Origin: Zootoca vivipara
Lineage: Eukaryota
NCBI RefSeq assembly: GCF_963506605.1
Contig: NC_083279.1
Coordinates: 5,704,001-5,768,000, forward strand
Length of the DNA: 64,000 nucleotides
Direction: 5' to 3'
The notes beneath the pieces were generated by a model. That model saw nothing but the letters and a program-made list of their open reading frames with translations. It was not told where the DNA came from and searched no databases. A program made the translations under genes and the position numbers. Positions 25,935 to 39,434 of the stretch are shown in pieces (positions within the stretch are counted from its first letter, which is position 1; every line of letters starts with the position of its first letter).

Positions 25935-26973
25935 TGTAGAGATCCCCCTCCCTCCACTCTGGCTAACAATTGTGGCAGTTCCCACCTACATATACTCTAT
26001 ATAACCACCACCACGGGCTATCTTGTAGTTTTTGTGTGAGGGTAAACTTAGATCCTTGGAGACTCAGGCAGAAGTTGAACAAATAAGTCACATTTATTTT
26101 ACAGAACGAAGTTGATAAAACAAAGGATGTGTCAGGAGATAATGTTCTTTCAGAGAACAGTTAACTTATTAATAATAGTACTAAATCTAGTGGGTGTTAC
26201 AGGCTTCTAAACAAGGTAGTAAACACACAGCTTCTTTTAAATGTTGGTTGCTTAATTCAGTTATTACTCCGCAGTTAGATGTTACAGGTTTCTAGACTAG
26301 ATGGTGAATGCTTAGCTTATTATTTCCAGTTATTTTGCTTCAGTTCCTTAGCTTAATTGTTGCATAGGTGTTACAGCTTAACGCTTAGGTTCTTAAACAA
26401 GGTGTATTTCTGTCTGTTACCCAGCCTTTTGACATTCACACTCCTGGGGTATTTCCAAATTGTCCAAGGGATCCAGTGGGTCACCACACCCCTCTTAACT
26501 GGCTTGAGAGTCTTCTCTTCCTAGAAGATCCCTCCCTGACTGGAGATGGTACCCAAGGAGACAGTGTCCTCACAGCTTCTACTTCTCCTGGCTCAAACTC
26601 GGCCCTCCAGTTCACTCCTGCCTTTCTATCTAAGCTTAGAGGCTTCCTTCTCTGGCTACAGATATTTTCCTCAGAGTGGATGTTACACCCATAGATCCGA
26701 ACCAACTCACCTCACTCCCTCCTACTCTCTCTTAAACCCTCTCCCTCTTTAACCCCTCTCAAGAAACAGCTTTTATTTTCTCTCCCAAACTGCTGGCTCC
26801 ACCCCCTCTGGCTGGCAGCCAATCAGAGAGAGGCTCCGGCCCTCTGGTGGAATTCTGTGGGACTGCATCAATTGTCCGTCGCAACAGGCTGTCTGAGTTG
26901 GAAAGTGGGGCACTGATTCTGCTCTTGTTTGGGGTCCCACTGGGCTATAATTTATTCTTCCCTATTTTTAACA
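25935..26973 (-). mobile_element. Probable ~1-kb solo LTR (ERV/Gypsy-like)
   Basis: TGT...ACA termini, internal imperfect repeats (gtgttacagg(c/t)ttcta; gcttaattc), a CCAAT box, a TATA-like signal and an AATAAA on the minus strand. No clean TSD, and boundaries are uncertain. Confidence 0.45.
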
Positions 26974-27059
26974 TCTATATTAGTTCATCCAGAGTTCAGG
27001 GGCAAGGGGTCATCAACATGTAGATGATACTTAACTTTCTCATTTCCATCAAATTCAGG

Positions 27060-27340
27060 GGAGGCAGTGGAAATGCTAAACCAATGCCCATGTGTTGGAA
27101 GGGACCAGATGAGGGCCAATAAATGGAAGCTTAGTCCAGACAAAACAGAGGCACTGCCACCAAGTGTGCTTTGTCTGCCCAGGCGAATGACGTGTCCAGC
27201 CACTTTTGGAGCAGGTCATATGACACCTAAAGAATGCATAATTTCAAATGCATCTTTGTCCCTGGAGATGCAGGTCACCTTTGTTGCACTGAGCACTTTC
27301 ACCAGTTTAGCCTGATGTGCCAGTTATGACTATACCTGGC
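27060..27340 (+). mobile_element. L2 LINE RT C-terminal fragment
   Basis: Peptide MRANKWKLSPDKTEAL matches the L2/CR1 motif WMxxNxLKLNPxKTE. Confidence 0.7.
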
Positions 27341-29537
27341 TGCAAAACATTGGTGCATCTGATAAATAGCTAAATTTCCATCAGCACTTATTCTGGGGGT
27401 GTGGATTTGGTGATTTGATGTAGGGATCCACAAAGATTCTCAAGAATCCCTAACCTGGAGTAGATATATCCAGTTATAGTTTCAGAAAGCATGGGGAGAA
27501 GAAGAAAGGAACATATTTCAACCTTTATGCTGCATCTATCTTCCAGCTCATGAACTCAAAGGCATTCTAGACATATAAAGCAAGGCCACCAAAGTGACTG
27601 ATCAACTTTCATTTTTCTGTGTATGTCTGGGATTGAGAAAATGAAAGGGTTGTCAAGCCACAAACCATCATTGGTGGGGTTAATCTGGTTTAGTGGGTCA
27701 AAAACTGTGCAGGCTTATCACAGAGAGGGGGGGGAGAGGGAGAGGTATCAAGTTTACATACATATTTTAACATTGGGGGGGGGTTGATTCTTATCATGCA
27801 TATTCCTTCCATCATGTGAACAGGTCTCCCAAAGTTAGGTGCCCTTTGTTTCCAGCTAAGCAAGTTAAGTCTGTTAAGAGCTTGGTCTGCAGGCTACAAT
27901 CATGAAATGATACTGCATTGTTAATAATAATCGCCTGTTAATTGTTCCACCAATTGAAAAGCTCTTTGCAGCTTACTAAATGAATCACTCTATCACCTCT
28001 TCTGCCTGGTTAGTGCCTACCAGCTACTAACAGTGTACAGCAGGGAGACTCTAATTACTGGCACACCAAAGGTCACCTAATCCCAGGCAATGCAAATACC
28101 CTAATTACATTGTTTCTTAAGGACTCTTCTGGGCAAGTGTCAATCAACAAAGGCAGCAAACAGAAGCAGAGGCAGCATTCATAATGACAGCACAAATTCA
28201 ACACATCTCCCCAGAGCTCAAGCAACAAAAATGACACCGCATGAAATGGGCTGATATGGAATTTAATTACTGTGGTTTATAATGGACAAACTATAGGGTA
28301 CTTGAAGCATTCAAAGGCAAACTGTTTACATAAAGCTTTAGTAGCAGCTTATGGCTTCCTAATTATGCACCCACACCATGATTATGATGGTCATGTAGAA
28401 TTTTTGGATTCATACTACTTTTTTCTATTTAATAGAAATGTATGGTAGTTATATCTAATGCTGGGAACAATGCACTGCTTTTTGTTTGTTTGTTTGTTTA
28501 CATTTTATACATTGAAAGTGCTAAACAGAGCAGAAATGTTCACTGTTATTCCAAATGGTTTGGAAGGAAAAGAGTTGATTACTGCCATGATGACTTATAC
28601 ATTGTTTTGCATTTTTTATCGATTTTTTGATGTACATGGAACCAAACAAACCTGCCATGAATACACTTGTTCATGTGCTACTTCAATGTGTGCTGGTAGT
28701 ATGGACCCAGTGTGAGGCAGGTTTCAAAACCGTGCCCTGCATGTTGTGAGATTGTTGTTGATATGCATGGTTGACTCTTGAGGACCCAGGCTCGATGTTA
28801 CTCTTCCCGTAGGGACTGGTATCCCCATAGGAACTCCACCAACCCCCTTTTGTCCACTATTTCGTTCAGTAGTACTTTTTACTTACGGAAGAACAATCAC
28901 TTCATGACATCCTTTCCTGCAAACACCACTGGCATGGATTTTGGGTGATAAAAGGATGACCCTCAACTCATGTAGTCAGCAAAATTAAGCTGTATGTTTG
29001 GGGCAGGATAAAAGTCTATTTGAAGTGGCATGCTAATGTCTAAAGACTCAACAGACCCTAACAGCAGTTCTCATGTCCCCACAAGTGCATTCGATAAGGC
29101 TCTTTCATGGAAGTTACAAGGGACAAATGAGCAGGAATAGGAATTAAAGATGTACTGGATCAAGAGAAAAGACCACAGAACAGGGCTAAGGGAAGCTGAC
29201 ATTCCCATTCCCTCATCTTCCCAGTAGCCACCGGCCTCCTGTAAAGTCTCCCCCATTGATTGGAAGGGAGACCCTGCTGAATTTGGGAATGGAGGGTTGA
29301 CGGCTGGTACTAGGCTGCATTTTGTGGCCAGTTTCAAGCTGTGTACCCCTCAACAAGACAGAAATGAGGAATTATCTGCCCTGCACTTTTTTCTTGCGGG
29401 AAATAAGCTACATCAGGTAGTAAGAGGCCCAAAGACCTGGCTCTACTTTACTTTTGTTTAAAGTTCACAGTGTGAGCTTAACAAGGTGTTTAGAGAGAAA
29501 CTACATTTAGCTGCAGTATCTCTAGCTGGCTAGGAAT

Positions 29538-29539
<2 letters not shown>

Positions 29540-29602
<63 letters not shown>
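29540..29602. repeat. (GA)n microsatellite
   Basis: Direct observation. Confidence 0.95.
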
Positions 29603-29605
<3 letters not shown>

Positions 29606-30607
29606 TGTAATGCATGAACACTCCAGTGTACTGTAAATAAGCAGATGGAGAGAAAGCTTTCGCCAGCTCAGTAATCAACTTAACAACCCGCTATGCAATA
29701 TTACATAAGAGGGGTGTGTCTGATGATCTAGTACCCAACATGCTTCCAGAGGAATTGTATCAGCTATGATGATGACTCCACAAGACACTTCCAATTTGTT
29801 GAGAACTACGTCTGGCCCACCAGGCACTCTCACTCCACCAGCCTGAAACCAGTTTAGTCCAGACACAATGTCAATTTACATGGTTAAACTGACAAGTCAT
29901 GCTTGTCACCAGTCATTAGCTCCTGTTCTCTGCAGCACTACACAATACCCCGTTGGATACATGAAGCAAGAAAGTGTAAGAGTGACAGAGACATTCATTC
30001 CAAATGATCAGAAAGATAAGGAGAACAGCATGTACACTGCAGAGCAATTTTAAATCACATTGTGCACGCAGACACACACACACACACACTCAAGGGGCAC
30101 TTTTGGTGGTGGTGGTATCCGTTCCCCAGCACTTATTTCCTAAGCAATAGATTGCAGTCAATTACTTGCATGGGAAAAAATAAAGACGTGTTCTATGGGA
30201 CACCTACTAAGCTTGCCTCAGGCCCTTCAGTTTCTTGGGGAAACAAACTCTGATCCTTTTCCACACATGTGTCAGATTGCCCCTGTGATTGATGGGGTCA
30301 TGGCCATGCAACATCAGCACAATTTGCACTCATGCCCCGCAGCGTGCCCACATGGCGTCAGCATGCCCCTGACGTCACTCAAGCATGCTACATGGCATGC
30401 TGATGGGTCATGCAGGAGCTCCCTGGTTTGTGTGTGTGTCGTGAGCATGCTCTGCAGCATGTGCACACAGCCACCACAGAACCTTAAGGGGACTCGGCCC
30501 CCTGATGGAATTTTTTTAGGGGGGCTGCTTCCCCCCTCCCGCTGAGATGGTGAGCCTGCTCTTCCAGCTGTCATGCCCACTGAATCTTGTTTTGTCCCAT
30601 TTAGCTT

Positions 30608-30953
30608 AAAGGTAAAGGTACCCCTGACCATTAGGTCCAGTCGCGGACGACTCTGGGGTTGCAGCGCTCATCTCGCTCTATAGGCCGAGGGAGCCGGCGT
30701 TTGTCCGCAGACAGCTTCTGGGTCATGTCATGACAAAGTGCTTCTGGCAAACCAGAGCAGCACACAGAAACGCCGTTTACCTGCCCTCCGGAGCGGTACC
30801 TATTTATCTACTTGCACTTTGACATGCTTTTGAACTGCTAGGTTGACAGGAGCTGGGACCGAACAATGGGAGCTCACGGGGATTTGAACCGCTGACCTTC
30901 TTATCGGCAAGCCCTAGGCTCTGTGGTTTAGACCACAGCGCCACCTGCTTCCC
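30608..30953 (-). mobile_element. Sauria SINE, full length
   Basis: Reverse complement of the same family as 49189-49553, from head to (ACCTTT)n tail. Confidence 0.93.
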
Positions 30954-31814
30954 TTAATGGGGGGCTATTAAGAATCAGGACACCTCTATCCATTGAGTAT
31001 GATGTTGGCCATACTAGGGAGGTCTGCACAAGGCCAGACTGGGAGAGCTCAGCAGAGGCTCAATAAGCCTCAATTTTTCTACTTCTCAGTAATGGCAAAA
31101 CACATGGCAGGCCACACAACTCACAACCATTGTTAGATTACTAGAGTTGTGGAGGCTTGTGTTAAAGAATAAGGTGTGTGAGGCAACGAATTTGCTTTGA
31201 TATATATGATAATGATTTTCAGTGATGAAACCTCAGCATCATTAATATTTGTAGTCTGAGGATGAGAAAGGGCAGGAGAAATGATGTCCTCTACTGCCTT
31301 TTGCAGGGAAAGGAAGTGACACACCTCATCACGCTGACTGACAGGTAAATGATTTTCTCCAACTTTGTGCAGTTATTTATTCACCTGTGCAAAGTGCAAG
31401 GTGGTGGAGAATTGGCAGTTTGCGAAATGCTACTTTTATTTTCCATCTAGAAACCTCAAAATCACTGTAAGAAGAGTAGCAATTAATTTCAGGGTGTCAA
31501 TTTTGCTGTATGTTATTAAACAGAGCTGCTTTTTTAAAAGCACTCTGTTGAATCAAACCTTACTACAGGTATCCCTCAAAACTAGGCTTATTTACTGCAA
31601 AAAGTGAAATAAGGTTTTGCAAATGCAAAATGTATTTTGGGACTCTGGTTATCTGTTAGTGATGTACAGCTCCCAGACACTAAAGGACCTTGTGAATGAG
31701 TTGGTTTTAGAGTTGAGGTACCCTTCATGCCCCATATTTGGTAGAATGTGTTATTTCCCCCCAAGAATGTACAGTGAGATAATGCCAGCATGACTACTGG
31801 CTTGCTGCCTCAGT

Positions 31815-32210
31815 GGTAATGTTGGGGTCATAGTAGATAGCTCAAAGAAGATGTCAAAAGCAGTGCGCAGCAGTTATAAAAAAGACAAGTTCTATGTTTG
31901 GGGTCATTCAGAAATGAACTGGAAATAAAACTGCTTTTATCATAATGCCATTGTACAAATCTATGGTGTAATCACATTTCAAATACTTTGTACCGTTCTG
32001 GTTGCCTCACCTCAAAAAAGAGCTTCTTTTTGAAAAGGGCAACCAAAATGATCCAAGGAGATGGCACAACTCCCCTATAGAGAAAGGGGACAGAGTAAAG
32101 CTTTTTCCTCCACTCTCACAACACTAAAAGTCATGGAGATCCAATGAAGCTGAATGTTGGAATTTTCAGACAGAAAAAAACAAGTAATTTTTCACACACC
32201 ACAGAGTTTT
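31815..32210 (+). mobile_element. CR1 LINE 3' fragment (degraded ORF2 end)
   Basis: Degenerate coding for LGVIVD..., IMPLYKSMV..HF.Y...FW.PHLKK, typical of the CR1 ORF2 C-terminus. Confidence 0.8.
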
Positions 32211-34470
32211 AGCAGAGCCCAACAACTATCAATATTATGTAGCTTGATTAAGTGAAGAAACACACAAAACACGGAAAACTGGACTATGAGGCATAAAGTG
32301 GGTTGTCCTGGATAAGAAAATAATAGCCAAAAGAATTTGGGTTAGGAGGTGAGGAAATGCTGCAAAATTTAGTTGTTGGTCCCAGATATGTATTTGGCCA
32401 ATCTTGGAAAGCCAAATCTGAAGCTAGGGCATTTAAAAAAACAAATAAACAAACCAGATTTGGATAAAATGTATAGAATGGAATACATCCCAAAGTACTC
32501 CTGGGCATGGCACTGACTGAGTGTAAAGCAAACCCTTCTGACAAAAAGAATCCCCACTGGGATGAGGACCCTGTGGTCCCCCCATCGGTATCTCCACCCT
32601 TTCCCTGGAAAATACCTGCTGAGGAGTCCTTGACCCTTATGTGGAAGTTCTCCTTTTTAGATAAATCCGAACAATAATTAATTCAAAAGGGGGTGGGGGT
32701 GACTGCTCTATTATATTACAAAACTAGCATTAATGTGACATCCTTCAAAATATACAATTGTAGTACAACCAACTTTGCAAATGTGACCTACATTCTGGAA
32801 AGATAATGTAGCTTCTCTCTCCCCACCCCTCCCCTTATGTTGCAATACTACTTTGTTTCCTTTTATTTTTGATGGTAGCACAAGTTTGTCGCATTTTCCA
32901 CCTGTCTTTTCTGTGCTTGCTTTATTCAACAAAGTGTGTATTTAGAAAGGCAAACCCTTTTGGATGTTCTCTCTTTTTTTCTAAGCTGCTTGTTTTATGC
33001 TCTGCGTTATCACTGCTGACATCTGGAAAAACCAAAGAGCTGTTGAAAAGCTGCTGAATCCAAGTCTTTATTGGCGACTTGCTATAGTTTTCTTTCCCCC
33101 TCTCTTACAAGACTAAGCACACAATCAAAACAGCCACATGGTATAGCTTGTGAGAGGGCATGTATCATTTTCATCAGCCCGGGGGGGGGGGGGGGAGATC
33201 ACAGCATTGCAGGTCTGTATGACCCCCTCCAAACACACAGGCATACATACAAGACTAGTAAATTTGAGAGATGGCTTAGGATGGTTAAAGCACATCAACA
33301 TATACTACTTTAGTACGTGTAGGAATCCTCAAGCAAATATCTTTATCAGCATAACTTGCCTCAAAGAACAGTTAAAATCGGATATTTACACTTTTTATAC
33401 ACAGTATTAATATGCGCAAAACCTACTGGTACATATCATTCATAAACATGCACATATATCAACACAAAAACAAAAAGTTGGCTTAACAGTGCAGCTTACT
33501 TCCTCTCTATTAAGCTAGCGTGCTGGCATATTTCAAACCTCAGAGGATTGGCATGCTCATAAATATTCCTCAATAAACATATCAGCAGCTGGTAGGAAGG
33601 GATGTTACACTGAGCCAATAGGTAGGCAAGTTTCAAAAATTACAGCCTCTTAACCTGAAATCTTTTCTCTTTCATTGTCTGTTTTTGGTGTAACTTGAGA
33701 AACCTACTTTTTTGGTGCAAATCTGTTTGTTCTACACTTTAATACAGTATCTCATTCATTTCTCCACAACCAGACAGACAAACAAACCATGTGAGGAAAC
33801 CTCACTGTGTTAAGCTCTAACAAGACACATAAAACTCCGTTAAGTGTACTCACAAGGAAGATTTTATAGGCTTTTTATACGATCTGAAGAGAAACCAGAG
33901 TATATGCTGGTATGTGACTGAAATAAAGTTTGATGCTGATACTGATTATTGGCTTTCTCAGACTTTGTTTCTATTTCCGGAATCACCTGGAAATACTGTA
34001 TGGGTGCTCTGTTTAGGGACTGGAGCTAACTGGACGCAAACACAGATGATGCTAACGTATAAGCTTCGGGGCTGCCCTTGCAATATACAAGCATTTGATG
34101 TGCCTGACTAGCACAATAGCAACAGACAATTCTAGAGCTATTCAGAGTTAAAGCCAGGGTTCAGTCATAATCCTGCCCTAGCAGTAAACTTATCATTGAA
34201 GGAAGATGGCCTCAGCACATTAAACTGTCCGCTCAAATAGTCCGCTCCAAGCATGTAGGATGTACCTAGCTTCTGTCTACTGATCCCTTCTTCAAGGTCG
34301 CTGCCGTGCTTTGCTCATATGTATGGAAGGCAGGCCTTTGACCACAAAAGTAGCACATAAATAAATGAAACACTACTTCTATCAAAATTTTGTAAGAATC
34401 ACAGTATCTCTATCAAGGGCCAGGAAGATCAAAGGGAGACTTTGTGTCTCTGAAGCGTTTCCTGCCTTAC

Positions 34471-34567
34471 ATCTTTGAACTGCTTTTGGCTCCTGGTCTA
34501 GAATGTTGTATGGCTTCATTTGGGCTGCCCGCAGGGCCACTGCTCCCGGCACAGGGGCTTGTAGGTG
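34471..34567 (-). other. Candidate 97-nt orphan exon (gene unknown)
   Basis: Strong acceptor TTCAATTTTCTTTCTCCAG|CAC and donor GAT|GTAAGG. GC-richer than flanks, two of three frames open, no recognisable protein. Confidence 0.3.
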
Positions 34568-34802
34568 CTGGAGAAAGAAAATTGAAGTGATAATACCACC
34601 CAAAGTTTGTCAGGACCATCCACATCTGAGTTTTAAGCAGGCAACAACTGCAACAGAAACAGGTAACTCTCTCCTGCATCTGAGTACCTATCTAGCTTCC
34701 CTTTATTACTAGGTATTAAAAATGGAACTTGCTATGTAATCATGCAGTGTTAACTTCCCACCAGCTTAGAGAATGGCTTTTGCTAATTTGTAGCATCAGT
34801 GC

Positions 34803-35300
34803 TGTCAGTGAGATCATCAGAAGTACTTAAGCACAAAACCTCTCAACAAACAGGAGAAGAAACGGATGCCAATGAGGTGGAACTCTTGAGGGACGCTTGA
34901 TTTTAGAACGCAACCTCTGCCAAGCAGAAACGGGCCTGTACCCCACAGCAGCTGTGGTGGCGAGTTACTCCTAAGTGTGGAAAGGAAGCAGAGCAGAAAT
35001 ATCCTCCACAGGACCTGAGTCTTTGCCTTGGAAATAGCTAGCTTGGTAGTGGCTTTATTGGTTTCTTCTCCTCTAGCTGCAGATTGACTCCAGCCTGTGT
35101 TTCCATGTCTGCTACCCTTTTCATGCCACTTCCAGACACCTTGGATATACAGCTCAGCTTCAGCAACAAACTTATTTTGGACTATCCTTTCTTATGAAGG
35201 TTTGACTTCCTGGGAAACAGTTTCAGGGGTAGCCTGAAAATGTTGGCCTACGGTCCTTGTCTGTGTCCTGTCCACACAACTTTGTCCACCCATGCTGACA
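34803..35300 (+). mobile_element. Possible old solo LTR
   Basis: Inverted termini TGTCAG...CTGACA bounding about 500 bp. No TSD. Confidence 0.35.
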
Positions 35301-36850
35301 GACACATTTACTGCTGGAAATCCTGCTGGAGGCACTGAAGTGTTTGTATTTGAAAAATGGTAGTATGATGTTAAAACACTACAGAAAGAGGACCCACCAA
35401 TTGTTTATTGATCTACCCTGTCCCACACCCCAGAACTGCTTACAAGAAAAAAGTACAAATGAAAGTATTTGTGTCATCTTCCTGCAGGTTTCTTCTTTAG
35501 AACTGTGTGTCATTCATACCCTCATAATACAATATGAAGGAATATGGAAAAGCATGTTTTTTCAAGGGTGGGAAACAAAGAGAAGCACAGAAGTGTGTTA
35601 ATACTAGGAATTGTAAATTTACTGCCGTTGGAAAGGTACATATCCCTACACACACCAAAAGCTGAAGAGGGGAAAAGAGAGTAGCAGGAAAAATTCATTT
35701 CTTTGCCCGTTGTGAATTGCATTTCAATTTTCTGACAATCATTATTTGACAAGGAGACCTCAAGGCTGGAACAGTCATAGAATGATTAAGTTCACAGGCA
35801 GCAGATGGCCATGCAGTCTAAATACCAACAATGAACCTAAATGATCCATGTTTCAGCACTGGTGATAAACAGTATGAAATCTGGTATCTGGGAGTAGGAG
35901 GAGATTTTTAAGTAAATAAATAAATAAATAAATAAATACTGGCTTTCATAATTGCCAATAGAAACATTTGAAAAATATTTGGGCATAATCTCTTGAAGCC
36001 TAGCAGGCAACAAGAGAAGGCACCTTGAACTTTCTGGTGACTTATGTTTGATGTAGAGAATATAGAGACATCCTATGTCCTCTTTTTCTTCTTTGCCTCT
36101 TGTGGAAAAATCCATATTCTGAGACAAAAGACAACTCAAGTGTTCTAGAACAAACAAGTTGCACAAATTGTACAACTCTGTGCAAACCTGCACAATTGCA
36201 TTAGCTCCAGGCTTCTGTGATACAGAATTAGCAGTTTGTTTTGTTACAGAGGACCTCCAACCCTATAGCCTTCTCAGAGCCGAAATACTGTACTTGTGAA
36301 TGATGGCGCTCCCTGTGTACAGTATTTGTAAAATCAGGTGGGTGGAGTAGGGCACATACTGTAGAATCATATAATTGTAGAGTTGGAAGGGACCACAAGG
36401 GTCATCTAGTCAAGGTCTACAAGGCAACCCCTCAAGTTACCATTAGCCATGAAGGGGAGAAATTGCAGGTTGAAAAATTAAGCTCACACATTTTCGCTTC
36501 GATGGATATCAGCAGCTCTGATAGTGCTGCCTTAGGGGAGGTAGGAAGCATGGAGCAGTCTGTTCTTTGCCAGTTATAGGAAAACACAGGAAAAGTTGCT
36601 GCAAGCTTTTCTTTATCCAGGTTCGCCAGATTGTTGAGTGGTTATCTTACAGGCTGCTCTGAAGGACTCATTTTAGATTTTGCTTAACAAAGTAATTAAT
36701 AAAGTACAAAATTTGCAATCTTTCCCCACATATATTTCTGATAACCCTGGATAAACAAGCAAAAGGTTTTCAGGAGTATCCAACTGCTGCTGTCTATTCC
36801 TATGAACATGTAGAGAAAGAGAACAAGCTGTAATATGCAACATTAACGTC

Positions 36851-36979
36851 CAGGGGTGCCAACTTGATTGAAAAATCCGGGGGGGGGGGAGGTAATGGCA
36901 ACTTTGGGGGTAATGGCCTCCTCAAATATTTTACGGGGGGGGGCAAAGACCCCTCTGCCCCTAGGAGTTGGCTCCTATG
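36851..36979. mobile_element. Short hAT-like MITE
   Basis: Imperfect TIRs CAGGGGTGCCAACT / AGTTGGCTCCTATG with G-run interior. TSD only partial. Confidence 0.55.
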
Positions 36980-37569
36980 TTACCACCTCCCTGTGCAGGA
37001 CTGCCTGTCCTCAGAGAAATAAAAGAAAAACCAGCGTGTCCATCCATTCAAGTTGGTTCCCAGCCTACAACCCTCATGCTGTTCTCCATATATACGGTAG
37101 TGAGTGTGCAACAAGCAGGCACTCCAAGTAAACCCAGTCAAATGTTTTTGGGAGCTGTCTGTTGTTTGAACTTGACTGGATATGTGCACAGCAATTTTTG
37201 GCAGAGTGCTTGTAGCCAAAGCAAACTGTGCTGGAGGAAAACAGAAGGACCACTGCTACACTTTCACCACTCTAAACCTGTTCCGAGGGAAAATAATTCT
37301 ACCCCGTTTGTTCCTGCATGGACTCACTGTTCTGAGTCCTGACTGGGATGATGCAGTTATACTGCAATGTAGAGATATGGCAGAATTGAGCAAAGGCTAA
37401 TCTAAAAAACCACATCCACGAGACCCTTCAGCCATTTTAAAATTAGCAGATTGACAGCACAAACATATACATGCCAACTCAGTAGAAAGTCTGAGCATAG
37501 GATTATAGCCTTATTGTGGAATAAACTTTTCCATTAGATACATGAAGTTAGATACCCCCAAGTTGTCAA

Positions 37570-37574
<5 letters not shown>

Positions 37575-37623
<49 letters not shown>
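37575..37623. repeat. (CA)n microsatellite
   Basis: Direct observation. Confidence 0.95.
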
Positions 37624-37627
<4 letters not shown>

Positions 37628-39254
37628 CATGGGGGGGGGGGCAATTTCAGGGCCAAAAATGCAGAGCAGAGGGTCATGCTAAGATTCAGTAAGCAGCATT
37701 GCCTATGGCTGGGTGCTACACAGCAATCCCAAACAGACACTAGGGAATGACTCCCATCAGGACTTAATTCTGAGAGAGTATTGCTTCTGAATAAGCATAT
37801 ATAGGCTTGTGCTATTAGACTCAATTTAAGTATTTAATTTAATTTTCATGGCACAGTAGATTTCTCAATGTATGCCATTAATTCCCAAAATGAGGACTAG
37901 GGTACACTGGTGTGTCATAGGAGAATTGGTGGCATGCCATGTGAAATAAATTAAATACAGTACATGCACACAAAGAGAGAGAGAGGTACTTGAGCAACCG
38001 TTAATGCTCATCAATGACAGAGTAACATAAATGACTGAGAGACAAGGAGAGCCCTGGATTTTAGACCACATATGGCGAAACAAACTACTAAGACATGTAT
38101 TAGCAATGTCCATGCACAGCAAAAAGATATGCTGACTTAGAACCGCTCCTTTAAGAAAGGGTGGTTCAGGATGGGGGAATGGAGAAGTCATTGCTTGCAA
38201 AACCATTCCAGCAATTAGAGCTACAAAATATATTATTCAAGGCTGCAAACGTATATGACAAAAACAACAGATGATAAAACTGTTCTATACCTTAACATGC
38301 ATCTTTCTATAGCTAACCTTACTGTGTATGTTCGCAGCACAAAATAAACCCTTGCTCTGCTACAGACTTCTACAGCCCTCTAGTGTTCCAAAACCATAGA
38401 CCCCAACTAAAAGCATCAGGAAATGATTCTGCTCTTTGCAGCTGATCTTTCCTCTCTCGTTCCACACCCTTGTCTAAAATGAACATCTCTGACAATGATA
38501 ACCAGCTAAACGGGAATTTGAGAGAGAGAAACTCTGTTGATTCAGAAGTTGTGTTTGCATATGATGGAAACAGTGCCACAAGCAATTCAGATTTCTGAAT
38601 GGATGCCTATGGCACACAATTGCTTCAATTCTAGGTCAGGCTGACAGCATATTTTGACTAAAACAATAAAGAGAGTTTTTGCAAGAGTAGCAAATTTCTG
38701 TGCATTTGTATTAATTTTCCACCAAGTTTTACTAGTGAAATTTGGAAACCCCTGCTTGGGAGAAATGCCTGGAGGATGTCTGAGTGAAGTTTCAGATCAG
38801 TCAAAGTTCCCAGGGTGTCTGCACAACCCTAGAGACTTCTGAAATCTTTGTGCCACCCTACAGGTGAGTTGGGAATATGATTCATAGATGGCACCCTGAA
38901 GGAAATGTAGAAAATGGGGGAGTGGGGGAAACTCCTCCATATCATTCTTCAGGAACTTCATCTCCTCATCATCTCTTTCTCTCTTTCTTTCCCAGGTATT
39001 TTCTGTTGACAGAATCTAAACTATTCAAAGCTAACCTGTCATCCTCAATATGTTTTATGACTTCCATCATACCAGACCGGACCTTTGATTTGCTTCTGCT
39101 GCCTTGATATTAAACACATTTACTTCAGGAAAAAGTGTCAACTTAGTAAGCATAACAAAAGGAGCATCAACAACTAGGGAATGCCTAGCAGACCATCCTT
39201 CAGACTACGATTTTTAATTTTTAATTTTAAAAAAATAGATGTATGAAAGTCTGT

Positions 39255-39410
39255 CGAGGATTTAGGTTCAGTATTCAGCCTCTCAAGGTAGAGCTGCGAG
39301 TCACACCACCTTGAACCCTAGAAAGCATCTGCCAAGCAGTGTAGACAATGCTGAGCTAGAAGGGCCAAAGGTCTGACTTAATATACCACAGGTTCCTATG
39401 CTTCCTAATT
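39255..39410 (+). mobile_element. Old SINE with CR1-like tail
   Basis: gtgtagacaatgctgagctagaagggccaaaggtctgacttaatata...ttcctatg, related to the host element at 15410-15893. Confidence 0.55.
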
Positions 39411-39434
39411 AGAATCAAATCAAGTTATATTGTA

